Source: the human T2T-CHM13v2.0 reference genome, Homo sapiens. From it: DNA of 64,000 nt. Where the stretch lies: NCBI RefSeq assembly GCF_009914755.1, contig NC_060947.1; one strand, 5' to 3'. Under the pieces are notes generated by a model. That model had not been told where the DNA came from and ran no database searches. It worked only from the letters and a program-made list of their open reading frames with translations. Below are positions 1-11,329 of this stretch, one piece after another (positions within the stretch are counted from its first letter, which is position 1; each line of letters begins with the position of its first letter). A program made the translations under genes and the position numbers.

Positions 1-3000
1 TATCTGTTCTCACTCTCCAATTTAGCCATTAATTAGTAGGTGTCTTTAAATAGTTGGCAAATTAATAGTCTATGCCTGTGTTGACATCTGTTTAACTAAT
101 GATTTGTGCCCTCATTGACTGACATGTTGAAAATTTCCTGCATTCTTTCATATGCAATTTTTGATCAGGAAGAAAATTCCCAGAACACCCTTTTGGCTCC
201 ACTACCTTTACAGAGGTTGCTCCCCAAATTCTGCCTCCCTAGAAAGTTTTACATTGACTACCAGAAGGAATGGCAATAAACTCCTGTAGGCCCTTCCCTA
301 CCTAATATGTAATTCCCAGAGCCTAGTATGTCTGGGTTGGTCTGTGCCTGTGTGCCTGTCTATCTGTCTCTTTCACCCTACCATCTCTGGACGTGTCTTA
401 GCTACAATGGAGCAGGGAGAGCAGTGAGCATATCATCTCAACATTAAATGGGAGTGAAGGCTTCCTTACCCCTTCTCCCACTTTTTTTTCCCTAAGGCAG
501 GCTGAGGAGCACAGCTGGGGGAAAACAGTAACAGTGGCACATTCAACATATTACTTCTGGGTAAGCAATAGGTACTGATGAGTGACCACAATGAGAGACA
601 GAAGAGGGCAGCGTAGATAGCTCATTTATCTGCTGAGAAGCCAGTTCAGAAAATATTTAATAGTTGTGTCCACTGCTCCTATTTGAAAAGTCTCAGGGAA
701 GAAACAAAACACCATAAAATCACCAGAATTCAACAATGATACTAGAAGTCAACATCAGCATAAAATATAACAGAAATAAAACTAAGAGAGTGATCTTAGG
801 AAAAGACAATGAATAAAGAATTCAGTCCAACTTCCTAAGTCCCTAAATATGTTATTTATTGCCACTCTCAAGGAAATCATTTTCTTTCTATTATATTATG
901 TATGTTATGGCAGGGGATATATTAGGAAGAATGCCCACAGGATGGTAGGACCTTAGAATGTTTTATCAACTCTTATTTTTAAAGCCAATGATAGATTATA
1001 AATATATTCTGGTACATTTAGCTTGATGAAATATTACATAGCAGTTAAAATGATAATTAGGAAGACCATGTAGAAACATGGAAAATTGTTTATGATACAA
1101 TGTTAAAAAGTAGGACATAAAATGGTATATCAGTGTGATTACAACTCTGTAAATATATACACATATGGACAGATTTGAAGGGATTATGCAAAAGTGCAAA
1201 TAATTCTGTTATAGTTGATGGATTCTGGCTGGTTTTTGTTCCTATTTTTAAACTTCCTCTAATGCTGTTTTTTAATTGTCTTCATGATCAAAAATGGGAT
1301 AAAAGTCTTTGCCAGAGAGTGTAAAGAAAAGAAAATGCAGCTATAAGAAGGCTGCCTGGAATGAAATATTATCAAGGAAAGAGGAGGGAAGACCCAATGT
1401 CTTCTCAAGATCTCCTGCAGCCATAGTATCTAAGATAGTCACTTGCTAAAGATTACAAATAATAGATGTAAACTGCCCTTATCAAAAAAATAAGCGATGA
1501 GACATAAGAATATGGGAGTAGCTGGATAACCCCAAAGGGTCACCCTCGACCTCTATACCACACAAGTTTCTGGAAAAAGAAAGGCCAGGAGAAATGATTA
1601 GCTCCCTGGAGTCTTGCTTTTTTTATCCCCTTCTTTTGGCTGGCCTGATGGCTATCAAATTTTCCACATCAGTGGTGAACAGAGGGTAGATTAGGGGGTC
1701 AATCAATACTTGTCTACTCTCATTCACTCATTTTTGAAGGTATGTAAGTTTAAAATGAGTTGGCAGTGAAATGTGATTGTCAAAAAGCCTAATACCATTT
1801 TCAGTTAGAAAAAAGAAGAAATATATTGAGAGGCAAAAATGGGAGAGGCAATTGGAAGGTAGTCATACCACTGCAGGAGAGCAGAATTAAATTTTGAGTC
1901 CACCCTCTTTTCAGAGGAACACCAAGAAAATAGCACACAGCCAGAGGGGAGTGAGCAGGGTAGGGAGGGGCCTGAAAAGCAACATCATGAAGAATGATGG
2001 AAGACATAAAATTTGTTTGTCTTAGATAACACTCAGGGCCCATTGAAGGCCTGTCACAGGGCAGGGGGAACAAAAGGGGTCTGTGGCTCTTACTGCCAGG
2101 TATGCTTTGAACGCCCCATCTGAATGGTAACAGGGAACAGGGTACTATGGCTCAAGGGAGGCAGTTTCCTAGAGCCTAATCTCTGTCTCCTAGGAGTAAA
2201 GTGGGCATGGGTGGGAAGGCAGGCCAGAGAGTAGCTAAGATAAATGTGGGTATTATCAAATCAGTCACAACTGGCATAAATTAGCTCTGGCATTGTTATG
2301 GTAACAGCAAGGAAAGCTGCCCATCTATTTCACTTTGTTCTTAAACCCACCAGGGCTGATCTACGAGTTGAGACCTAGTGCATTGATCTAGAAGTAATGC
2401 CTTGATATGGGATATAAACAATACCCAAGATCTCCAGAAAAGATCCTAGAAACTACCAGAAAATAGGATGAACCAAACAGCCCCTGGATCATCTGGGGTT
2501 TAGGAAATTCTTTAGGGAAGGGCCCTCACAAAAAGTTTAGACCTCAGTGTCTCTGTCTCTAAAATGAAGACATCGAAAAAGATGTCCATGGATCCTTTCA
2601 GTTCTGACATTCTAGGGGTTTCATATGTCTTTTTTTTTTTGCCTGGAACCTGAGGCCTGATAGGCGACCTGACAAACATCTTGAAGACATTTTTAAGAAA
2701 ATTAGGAGATAATGACCATGGTTGTTATTCACAGCCGTATCCTCAAAGTTTAACAGAATACCTGGCATATAGTTGCTGCTCAGTTATTTGTCAACTAAAT
2801 GCTAATTAGTTCTTCCCATGCTGGTGATGATCAAAGGTAAGTTAGAAGCAGAATGTTCAAATTGGTGGTTTTCTTTTATTTCCTTCTTCCTCTCTTTGAG
2901 ATAGGAAACCCTTTCTTCAAATGAAGTAAAAAAGTTATTCAAAAACAAGAGAATAAAGAAGATACCTGCAACATGGAAAGTTGACAAGGAGTTCATATCT

Positions 3001-4844
3001 AGAATATACAAGGAACTCTTACAAATCAGCAAGAAAAAAACATAAGAAACTCCATGAAAATGGGCAAAGTATAGGAACACAGCACAGAATGTCCAGACAG
3101 AATGGACAGGTAGGGCCTATGGCAGGCAGAAACCCCTGGGCTTGGCATTTTAGGCTGACTAGCTGACTCATATTTTTATCCTAGGATACTGTACAAATAT
3201 TACTATCTTATACAATGTGTTATCATTTTCTATGTGCCAAGATGTAAAGACTATTGGGATGTATTGAGATAGGCAATTTGCAGAAGGGAAAACCCAAATG
3301 GCTAATACGTTTGAAAACCTCAGGCTTAAAATATACCAAATGGAAATGACTTGAAGCTACAGCATGCCTAAGGAAGAATTTCTTGATAGTGAATGGTATG
3401 ATCACTAATACAGAGTGAGTGAGGAAAGCTAGGCCAGCTTCTCTGGAGGCATTTGAAGACAGAAGGTATTTCATAGGTATCAGATGGCTGAGATTATCTT
3501 CCTCAAGAGAAAGCAGACAAGACAGCTTTATAAAGCATCGTTAGCTCTGCTTACTCTTGCCTCAGTTTCCTTGATTGTACTTTGAGTTCTAAGGTTATAA
3601 GAGGCAATATCACCAATTGTTGGTCAAGGTGATCTAGAACTAAACTGAAGGTATTTTATACCACTGTCTGGGTTTAGAAAGAAGAATGTAATCTGCAGAG
3701 AACTCATTTGAAAAGATTATGTCTCTTACTGACCTCATTGAATAACTTCAATTAAAAACCCCTTTATTTCCTACTTCTTCATTTGTAAAATAAGGGTGTT
3801 ATAACTTAAATGTTTGTAAAGCACTTTCTGCTCCCAGGAGGGAAAAAGAATGTCCTCTAATAAATAGTGTGACTTTTTTTATATTGAATATAATTTTCCC
3901 CCTTTCCCCTTCAACAAGTACAAAAGTAGGAAGTGTTTAGAGCTCTCCCATAACCTACAGAAAGAGTGGTTTATGCCATGTTAACACATCCATGCTTGAG
4001 TAAGACATGCTTCCAATGGTACCAAGAAGGAAGAAGCAGAAAATGCAGAAGTAGCCTGGCTCGCTATCACAGTTTTTCTCTAGTGAGGGCATATCTACAT
4101 CTTACAGAACTAGAGAAAAAGTAAGAGCCAAACAGAACTTAAAGAGCTCCTCCAACCTATGCAATTTAGAGATGGGGTACAAGCCCTAGGGTGAAAAGAC
4201 TCATCTGAGATTCCCCAGTCAGTTAGTGACCAAGGTAGGTCCTGAACCCAGCACTCCCAATTCTGAGTCTGGTATTCTTTCTGATAAACCATTCGCTCCT
4301 CACAGCTTTTGGTTTAAAGATTACACAATCCTGGGCTAAACTACTGTCTTCTGATCCAGCTAGATGCAGCTTTCTCCACTTCCCTTTGATGCCCGTGATT
4401 ATAGGGTGAGAAAAGGAGATAGCTCCCATTTAAATACTTACCTTCAGCACCAATAATTGTTGAAAAATAAGGAACCAGCAAATTGTCAACAAAAGGTTTG
4501 ATTGGGTTGGCTGGATTGGAAACTCCTTAAAGCAGGATCATATCACCCCCTACTTTCTGGAAAGACAAATAACTTCCATTGCTGTCCTGAGTCTGTGTCC
4601 CATAGGAAGAGGCCAAGATGTGTGGGAGTTGAGAGAAACTTCTAAGGACTTCCACTGGGCTAGTACCTGAGAGCTCTGGGAAAATAATTTTGCTTCTTAG
4701 AGATTAAATCTGTTGATCTAGAAAATAGGAATAACAATAACAACTTTTGTCCTGTTTGAAGATCAAATGACATATGATGTGAATGTACTTTGCCAATCAA
4801 AGCAGTACATACATGTGAGCAATTATATTTAATTTTGACTTTAA

Positions 4845-5470
4845 GCAATATTTATCGAGCATCTACTATGTACCAGGCACTGTGCTGGGGGAATATATCA
4901 GTAAATCAATAGATGAAAATCCCTGCCCTTCATGGAAAGTACATTCCAGTAGAGGAGACAGACAATAAACAAAATATATAAGTTAAATATATAATATGTC
5001 AGATAGATAAATGTAACAGATAGAAATAAAGCAGGAAAGGGGCAGAGGCAGTGCAAGGTTACAGGTTTCAATAGAATGCTTAGAGAAGTCTCAAGAAGAT
5101 GATATTTGAGCAAAGACTTGAAGGAGCTGAGGATGGGAGCCATGTAAATGTGGGGTGGGGAGGGGAATGCTTTAAGCAGAGGGAAAAACCAGTGCAAAGG
5201 CTCTAAGGGAGGAATATATTAGTAATGCTGAAGGAAAAGCAAGAGGCCAGTATAGCTGGAGTAGTAACGAAAGCATAGCAGAAAGGAGCAGGAGGTGAAA
5301 GTCATAGAGGCAAGGATGGGTTGACCACACAGGCCCCTGTAAACAATAATAACTTTGACTTTTACTCAGGTAGAAATGGTGAGCCATTGGAAGGTTCTGA
5401 GCAGAGGAGTGATATGACCTGACTTAGATCTTGACAGCATCCCTCAGCTACCAAGCGAAGAATAGATTGT
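4845..5470 (-). mobile_element. LINE-2 3' fragment
   Basis: Begins with the reverse complement of the L2 3' end (aatatttatcgagcatctactatgtaccaggcactgtgct), followed by typical L2 body sequence (gagcaaagacttgaagga, tgagccattggaaggttctgagcagaggagtga). Confidence 0.75.
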
Positions 5471-5522
5471 ACTTAATTTTATGAAAAACACTATGACATT
5501 GTAATATAGGTATCATTTTGGA

Positions 5523-5680
5523 GCAATGCTCCTCAAACTTTAATATGTATTATACATCAAATAGTAACTTTGTTAAAATGCATAATCTGATTCAGTAAGT
5601 CTGGGTTGGAGCCAAAGATTTTGCATTTATAACAAGTTTCCAGGTGATGCAGATGCTGCTCTAAAGTACGACACTTTGAG
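5523..5680. mobile_element. MER5A-like hAT-Charlie DNA transposon relic
   Basis: tgattcagtaagtctggg...tttgcatttataacaagtttccaggtgatgcagatgctgct matches the MER5 consensus pattern. Confidence 0.7.
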
Positions 5681-6244
5681 GCTAGAAGTTATGTCCAGGC
5701 CTGGCACAGAACAGAATTCCACTAAAAGTTTGCCGAATGAATGAAATGTCAGTGGTTTGATGCTGAATGCCATGTAGCACATTCCGAGGGGGAATTTTTT
5801 TAGCATCAGCCATTGATGTGAAGGGAGGAGGAAGAAGAAAAAGACATATGGATGGATGGGTGAATAAATTTAAAAAGGAGGCAAAAAAGAAAATTACCTT
5901 TTTCCAAATACAGCATAGGTTATTGCAATATTCTATTTACTTAATTTCCTCAACAAACTTAAGAGATTGCTATAATGAAGCCCATTGGAAAAATAAGAAA
6001 ATTGAATGTCAGAGGAGTTAAGGGGTATCTTCAAGCCCACAGGGTTAATTAATGACCAAGTTAGAATGTGAAAAACCAGCATTCCATGTCCCCAGACCTC
6101 TTGTTCTTTCTACTCTATCTGCCTCATGGCAGGGCAGGGAGTGGGGCAGTGGGAAAAGATAACTTTTAATCTTCCTGAAAGGGGTGAGAAAATGAGTTGA
6201 GATAAAGAAAGTTCAGGCACAAAATCCTTGGCCTTGGTGTTTCC

Positions 6245-6465
6245 AGAGCTATACTGTTCAATGTGGCTGTCATTACAGATATATGGTTACCTAAATTAAA
6301 GTTAATTAAATGTAAATACAATTTAAAATTCCATTTCTCAGTCATACCAGCCACATTTTAACTCTTCAACAACCATAAATTGTTGGCTTATAGCTACTAT
6401 ATTGGAGAATGCAGACATGGAACATTTTCATCATTGCAGGAAGTTCCATTGGGCAGTACTGATGT
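6245..6465. mobile_element. MER3/MER33-like DNA transposon relic
   Basis: Termini ctatactgttcaat ... ttccattgggcagtactg, with internal catttctcagtcataccagccacattt. Confidence 0.6.
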
Positions 6466-6628
6466 AGAGAAATAAGAACTTTGAAAAATGTTGGAGCTGT
6501 ACTACTGACTCCACAGTGGACCCTAGGCTGGGGGACAGAAAATAGAACCTAACCCCTCCTCTGGAAGGAAGGAGACAAAAAGATTCAATGCAGAGTTTTC
6601 CGAGTCAAGAAGAAAGATATAAGAGAGA

Positions 6629-6629
<1 letters not shown>

Positions 6630-6672
<43 letters not shown>
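6630..6672. repeat. (TG)n microsatellite, about 21 units
   Basis: Directly visible perfect TG dinucleotide run. Confidence 0.98.
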
Positions 6673-6674
<2 letters not shown>

Positions 6675-6959
6675 AATCCTTTTAAAACGCTGCCTTCATT
6701 TCCCATTGGTTTTCCCTTCCTGTTCAGTAAAATGCCCTTTAAAAATGCCAACTTGCAGCTACTAAGCTTAAGAGAGTACGAGAGTGAAGGCTCTCATCTT
6801 CATTTAGGACAGAGAGATGGAAGGAATGGGGTTAGGGAATGTAGAGAGACAGCTCTTGGGGAAAAAAAGTGACATACTGAAGGAGCCCAGGTTTGTCCAT
6901 CCAGCCTCCATCTTCTGTGGAGTCCTGTCTCCAAGCTCTTTTCTGCTTAAACTCACAAC

Positions 6960-7145
6960 CGGTGTTCTCCAAGTGAGAGAGTAGGACCAGCAGCATCAGA
7001 ATCACCAGGGATGCTCATTAAACCTAAAAATGCTCATGCCTTACCTGAGACTGATAATTCATGACTTGGGGGACAAGAGTGAGAGGGCTGCTTAACAAGC
7101 TCCCCCAGAAACTCTGGTACATATTGAAGTCTGTGAATCACTGGC
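6960..7145. mobile_element. MER5-like DNA transposon relic
   Basis: gtgttctccaagtg...accagcagcatcagaatcacc...ttaacaagctccccc...aagtctgtgaatcactg. Confidence 0.6.
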
Positions 7146-7356
7146 TTGGCGGGAGATGCATTTTGCTTTAATGAGTGAGGTTAAGCCCTTACATGAGATG
7201 GCTGTAACTGGATCAGATACCAAAAAGATAAAGGTAGAGATGCAGGGGAGAGAAGGAGGAAGACTAAGAAAGGGTAAAGACAGAGAGACAATGAATATAA
7301 ATGAATAAATATTAAAACTAGACAGAGAGAAAAATGTGAAAAACAGAGATTGAGAA

Positions 7357-7412
7357 ACCCTAAGGAAGCAGTTTTACCTCACTGACCCTAAGGAAGCAGT
7401 TTCACCTCACTG
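7357..7412. repeat. 28-bp tandem duplication (2 copies, 1 mismatch)
   Basis: accctaaggaagcagttttacctcactg / accctaaggaagcagtttcacctcactg. Confidence 0.95.
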
Positions 7413-7527
7413 AACAGAATCTGGGAGGCTATGTGCCCTTTCCAACATCTTGGGACTGTCACAGGCAGGGCCCAGGAGGGTTGCTGGTTCTTCGTGGAAG
7501 TGCCTCCACATGAACCACCATGGTTAC

Positions 7528-7719
7528 CTCACAAATATCCTTGAGGTGCTTGATGTAGTGACGCTCAGTGCTCATTATCTCATTGATGACATTGGCCCGC
7601 ATCTGGTCCCGGTTCTGTAGTGGCCGCCCCAGACAGAGGCAGTCTGAATTGGGGTCCAGGTGTCCGTTCTGCACATCGCTGGGCCCCTCCTCCACCTCAT
7701 CCTCCTGGTTCACCCAGAG
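7528..7719 (-). CDS. ARHGEF9: Collybistin (Rho GEF 9) coding exon: SH3-DH linker and start of DH domain ([12 protein letters not shown]...[13 protein letters not shown], 64 aa)
   Basis: The translation matches collybistin as I recall it and contains the DH N-terminal motif [14 protein letters not shown]. Acceptor ttccacag|CTC at 7720/7719, donor GAG|GTAACC at 7528/7527; 192 nt, phase 0-0. Confidence 0.97.
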
Positions 7720-8259
7720 CTGTGGAAGCAGGCAAAAGAAAAATAATGAGTTAGCTTCCTTCTTTGGGAGGTTTCCAGGCAAGTAGAAAAAGGATGAACT
7801 GAACTTCTCAGGTATTCAGAGAACCTTCAACCAGAGACCTGTGCAAGTAGAATTCGAAACCTGGCTCTAGGGTGACTTTTTGCCCTGGGCATGGGTTTAA
7901 TCTTCTCTAGGTCTCTGGTGACCTATCTGTAAATAGAGTGGAGGGACTAAATTCATTCATGCTGGAGCACATCTAGGTAGCACAACTGGATTTTTAAAAA
8001 GGTTAAGCTATACATCTTGAGTGCCACATTTGGATTGCTGTCAAAACACAGCATTTATGCACCTGCAAGTATAGAGGCCAAAGTTAAATACTAGAGTGGG
8101 TGTCTTGAAAACAAAGTTTAGTGTTGATTTCTGTGATGGGATATACAAATAATCATCAAAATTTGACTGTAAAGTGCCTTGGACATGCAAAGATCTCTAC
8201 CTCTTCAAGACTGGGATAGGGATGGGAGAATACTTCCCCACCACATACTAGCAATAGCT

Positions 8260-8475
8260 ATTAATTGGCACCAACTATACACCATTCACTGTGCTAAGAG
8301 CTTGCAATATACTGTATTCAGCCCTGCTAGATAGGTACCACTATTATCACCATTTCACAGAAAAGGAGACTGAGGCTCAGAGAAGTTAAGTAATCTATCC
8401 CAAGTCGCACAGGAAGCAGAGGAGCTGGGATAGGAGCCAGTCTGTCTCTAGAGCCTATGCTTTTAAACACTGTGC
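8260..8475 (-). mobile_element. MIR SINE
   Basis: MIR core: ccatttcacagaaaaggagactgaggctcagagaagttaagtaa...gtcgcacag. Confidence 0.75.
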
Positions 8476-11329
8476 TAGAATCTTTGTGCCTCTGGTTCTA
8501 AGGAAGACAGGAAAAGAAAAGGAAAGGGCTTGGGCCAAGGTGGGCAGACAATTATTAGAATCATCAGAAACTGATAAATTCGCTAACAGTTGAGACTGTC
8601 CATCCTAAATCATGAAGGCAGTGGGAAGCTAAAAAAAAAAAAAAAAAAAAAAAACCTTTGGGACGGCCGAGTGAGATGTCTCTGGATATTCTAGATGACT
8701 TTGACTGAAAATCAAGAAGGCCCAAGAAGATAGCCCTTCCCGCCACCCCCCACAGTCCTAGGAAGTGGGGAAACCATGGGGGCAGGAAGGAAACGAAGGG
8801 TGGGCCCGCTTGGCAGAGTGACAAAATCTGTCAGGGGTAATTAGCCAAAGAGCTTGCCAGTTGTCTCAACAGGTTTAATCAATTCTCCATATTTTCCATA
8901 TTTTCCCTCCTTAAACCCCAGTTTTTTCCACATTCCTGCCTCAAGAAGCTAAAATCACACAATTTAGATGCATCCCTATTTCTGCCATCAGAAAAGCCTT
9001 TTAGTGGGTAATCACTCGGGGGGAAGAGGCTTTGGGATAGAACTAGAAGGATGGTAGTTACTTCCCAACTCTGTATATTCTTCCTTCTTTCTTTTTCTCA
9101 CAGGAGGTGAGGGGGCATGATTACCACTCAGTGAACTTAGAGATGTCACCAGCGTATATCTCACTGAATTGTCACAGGCCAAAGTAAATAGGGCTCACTC
9201 TGTTTTTATGTATTTTGTATATACAGCCAAATTTGCAAAATGTATCTCTATCCAAAACCTATCACCCTCTGCAAGTGCTCCATTATAAATATCTTTCCAG
9301 CTTCTAAAAGGTCAGCTTTGTGTCTTCAATATGCTAATAGCTGTCCTTTAATGCAATCAGTAAGCAATATGAGAGATAATTATTCAAAAGAATAGACCTG
9401 GGCAAAAAAAAAAAGTGATTTAAGGCACTGAAACAAACATCTCATATACATGATGCTGTCTATTTGTACCAATGAAAACCTCACCCTCTTAATAATCCAT
9501 TAGCTTTTCCCTGCTTCTCACAAAGCAAGCTAAACTCTGCTATGGAAAGGGTAACATAGGCAGGCCTTTAAGGAATAAGAATCATTTCTTTTCTTCTTAG
9601 GAGTTTAAGAAAAGTCAGGTCCAAATGTTCACTTTTGGATAGCTGGAATAAGATGAATATTTTGAACAATTCTAGTGGGAATGAAGACAGGATATGAAGG
9701 AAAGGGGAAGCAGATGTAAAGGCAGAAATAGAACCACATTTAGGTTCAAGCTATACACCATGACACTGTCGTTCCAAATAACAATGAGAAAAGACGAAGG
9801 CAACTGCAGCCAAGTGAAAACAGATTCCTTATAAAGAATTTGGTAGAGAAGTCCTTCTGGTTATAACTAAAGGCCTGTGTAGCAGGGTCCTTCATAAGGA
9901 GCTTCTGAGAAGACACCTTCATCTACTCTACTGCAACAACCCCAGAAGCCCATTCCTTAGGTTAAGATGCTGCTTTCATCCCAAAGAACTACTAACAGAT
10001 TCATTCATTCATTAAATCTATGCCAAGTGTGGATAATGTGCCAGGTATTAGGGATACAACAGCAAATAAAAAAGACAGAAATCACTGCCCTTTATAGAGC
10101 TGACATTTGAGGGAAGATGTTTCTTAGCCTAGAAAAAGGTGGCATATAAGGCCTAACTGTTTTTCTCCTGATCCCAGGTTCCCACAAAACATCCCCCGGG
10201 CCTAATGATAAGACTTTCTGGTCTAACCTCTAAGTCCTCTGCTCTTGAGAGCTTATCTGTTCTGTACAGAGGAAGGTCTTTGTCTGCATGTATGTCAGAG
10301 TGCACTGACACAGGTCAGCCCATATGCTTATCTGCCCTGGTTGAAATATCAGACCAGAGAGCCATTATCAACCCTGCCCAACAATCCGTGCAGGCTAATG
10401 TGTACCTTTTCTTCATTGATGCTGCAATTAGCACATATAGATGCCTGGGTGACAAGTAAGAAGATAGACAATGCCTGGAACATGCCAGGTTGAAAGGCTG
10501 TCCTGGAAGTCCTCTTAGAGTGCTTAAAGGCTGGGGAAACCAGCCTTTGAACTTCACTGAACTCCGAAGCAAGGCTGATTAATGCAGTTCAATTTAACAA
10601 ATACTTTGGACCTATTCTGTGCCTAACCACTAACTGTGAAGGACATGAGGATGAGCAAGACAACTCACTCCTCCCTCCTCCTTCTAAACCACGGAGTGCT
10701 TTCCAAATTGGAGACAATCTCTGGTCTTTATTACTCCCTTTTCTATTTTCACTGTCATTGCTCTCATACTTTTATACCTGAACAAGTCCCTGGGTGATCC
10801 TCTAGCTTTTACCCTTCCCACATACCACTATTAGACCAATTTCCTTGACTATCACATTGACTGGCTAATCCCATAAACCCAAAATCCTTAATAGCTCTCC
10901 ACTGATTATAAAGCAAGTCCAAATCCCTCACCCTGACATTAAAATATTACCATAATCTGACTCCAATCTGTATTTCCACTCTTACTTCCTACTACTTCCT
11001 TTAGGAATATTGGGTTCCTCCCAGACTGGTCTATTTTCCGTCCACAAATATTCTCATCTATGTCCTTTAATCCCATGCTCAAACATAGAAATACTATAGT
11101 CCAAAGGCTTTCAAAAACTTCAGCAACAGTAATCCATCCTCTCAATTTCGTAATAAAGAAACTGATACCCACAGAGACAGCCAGGGAGTTAGCAATATAC
11201 CCATATCTTTAATGTGCATTTTTATTTTGTGCCTTCCATTTTTTTTTCTATTTTTAAAATTATACATTATACAAGAACACATTTGCCTTGCAAAAAGTTA
11301 AAATAGAAAAAATAGATTAAAATTATTAA

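Noticed and set aside
1-7450. Next ARHGEF9 exon (expected to begin GYLKQCRKR..., from recall)
   Set aside because: Not found on the minus strand; it presumably lies beyond the left edge of the window.
7459-7782. 107-aa ORF as a standalone gene
   Set aside because: Only 7528-7719 is exon; the flanks are intron.
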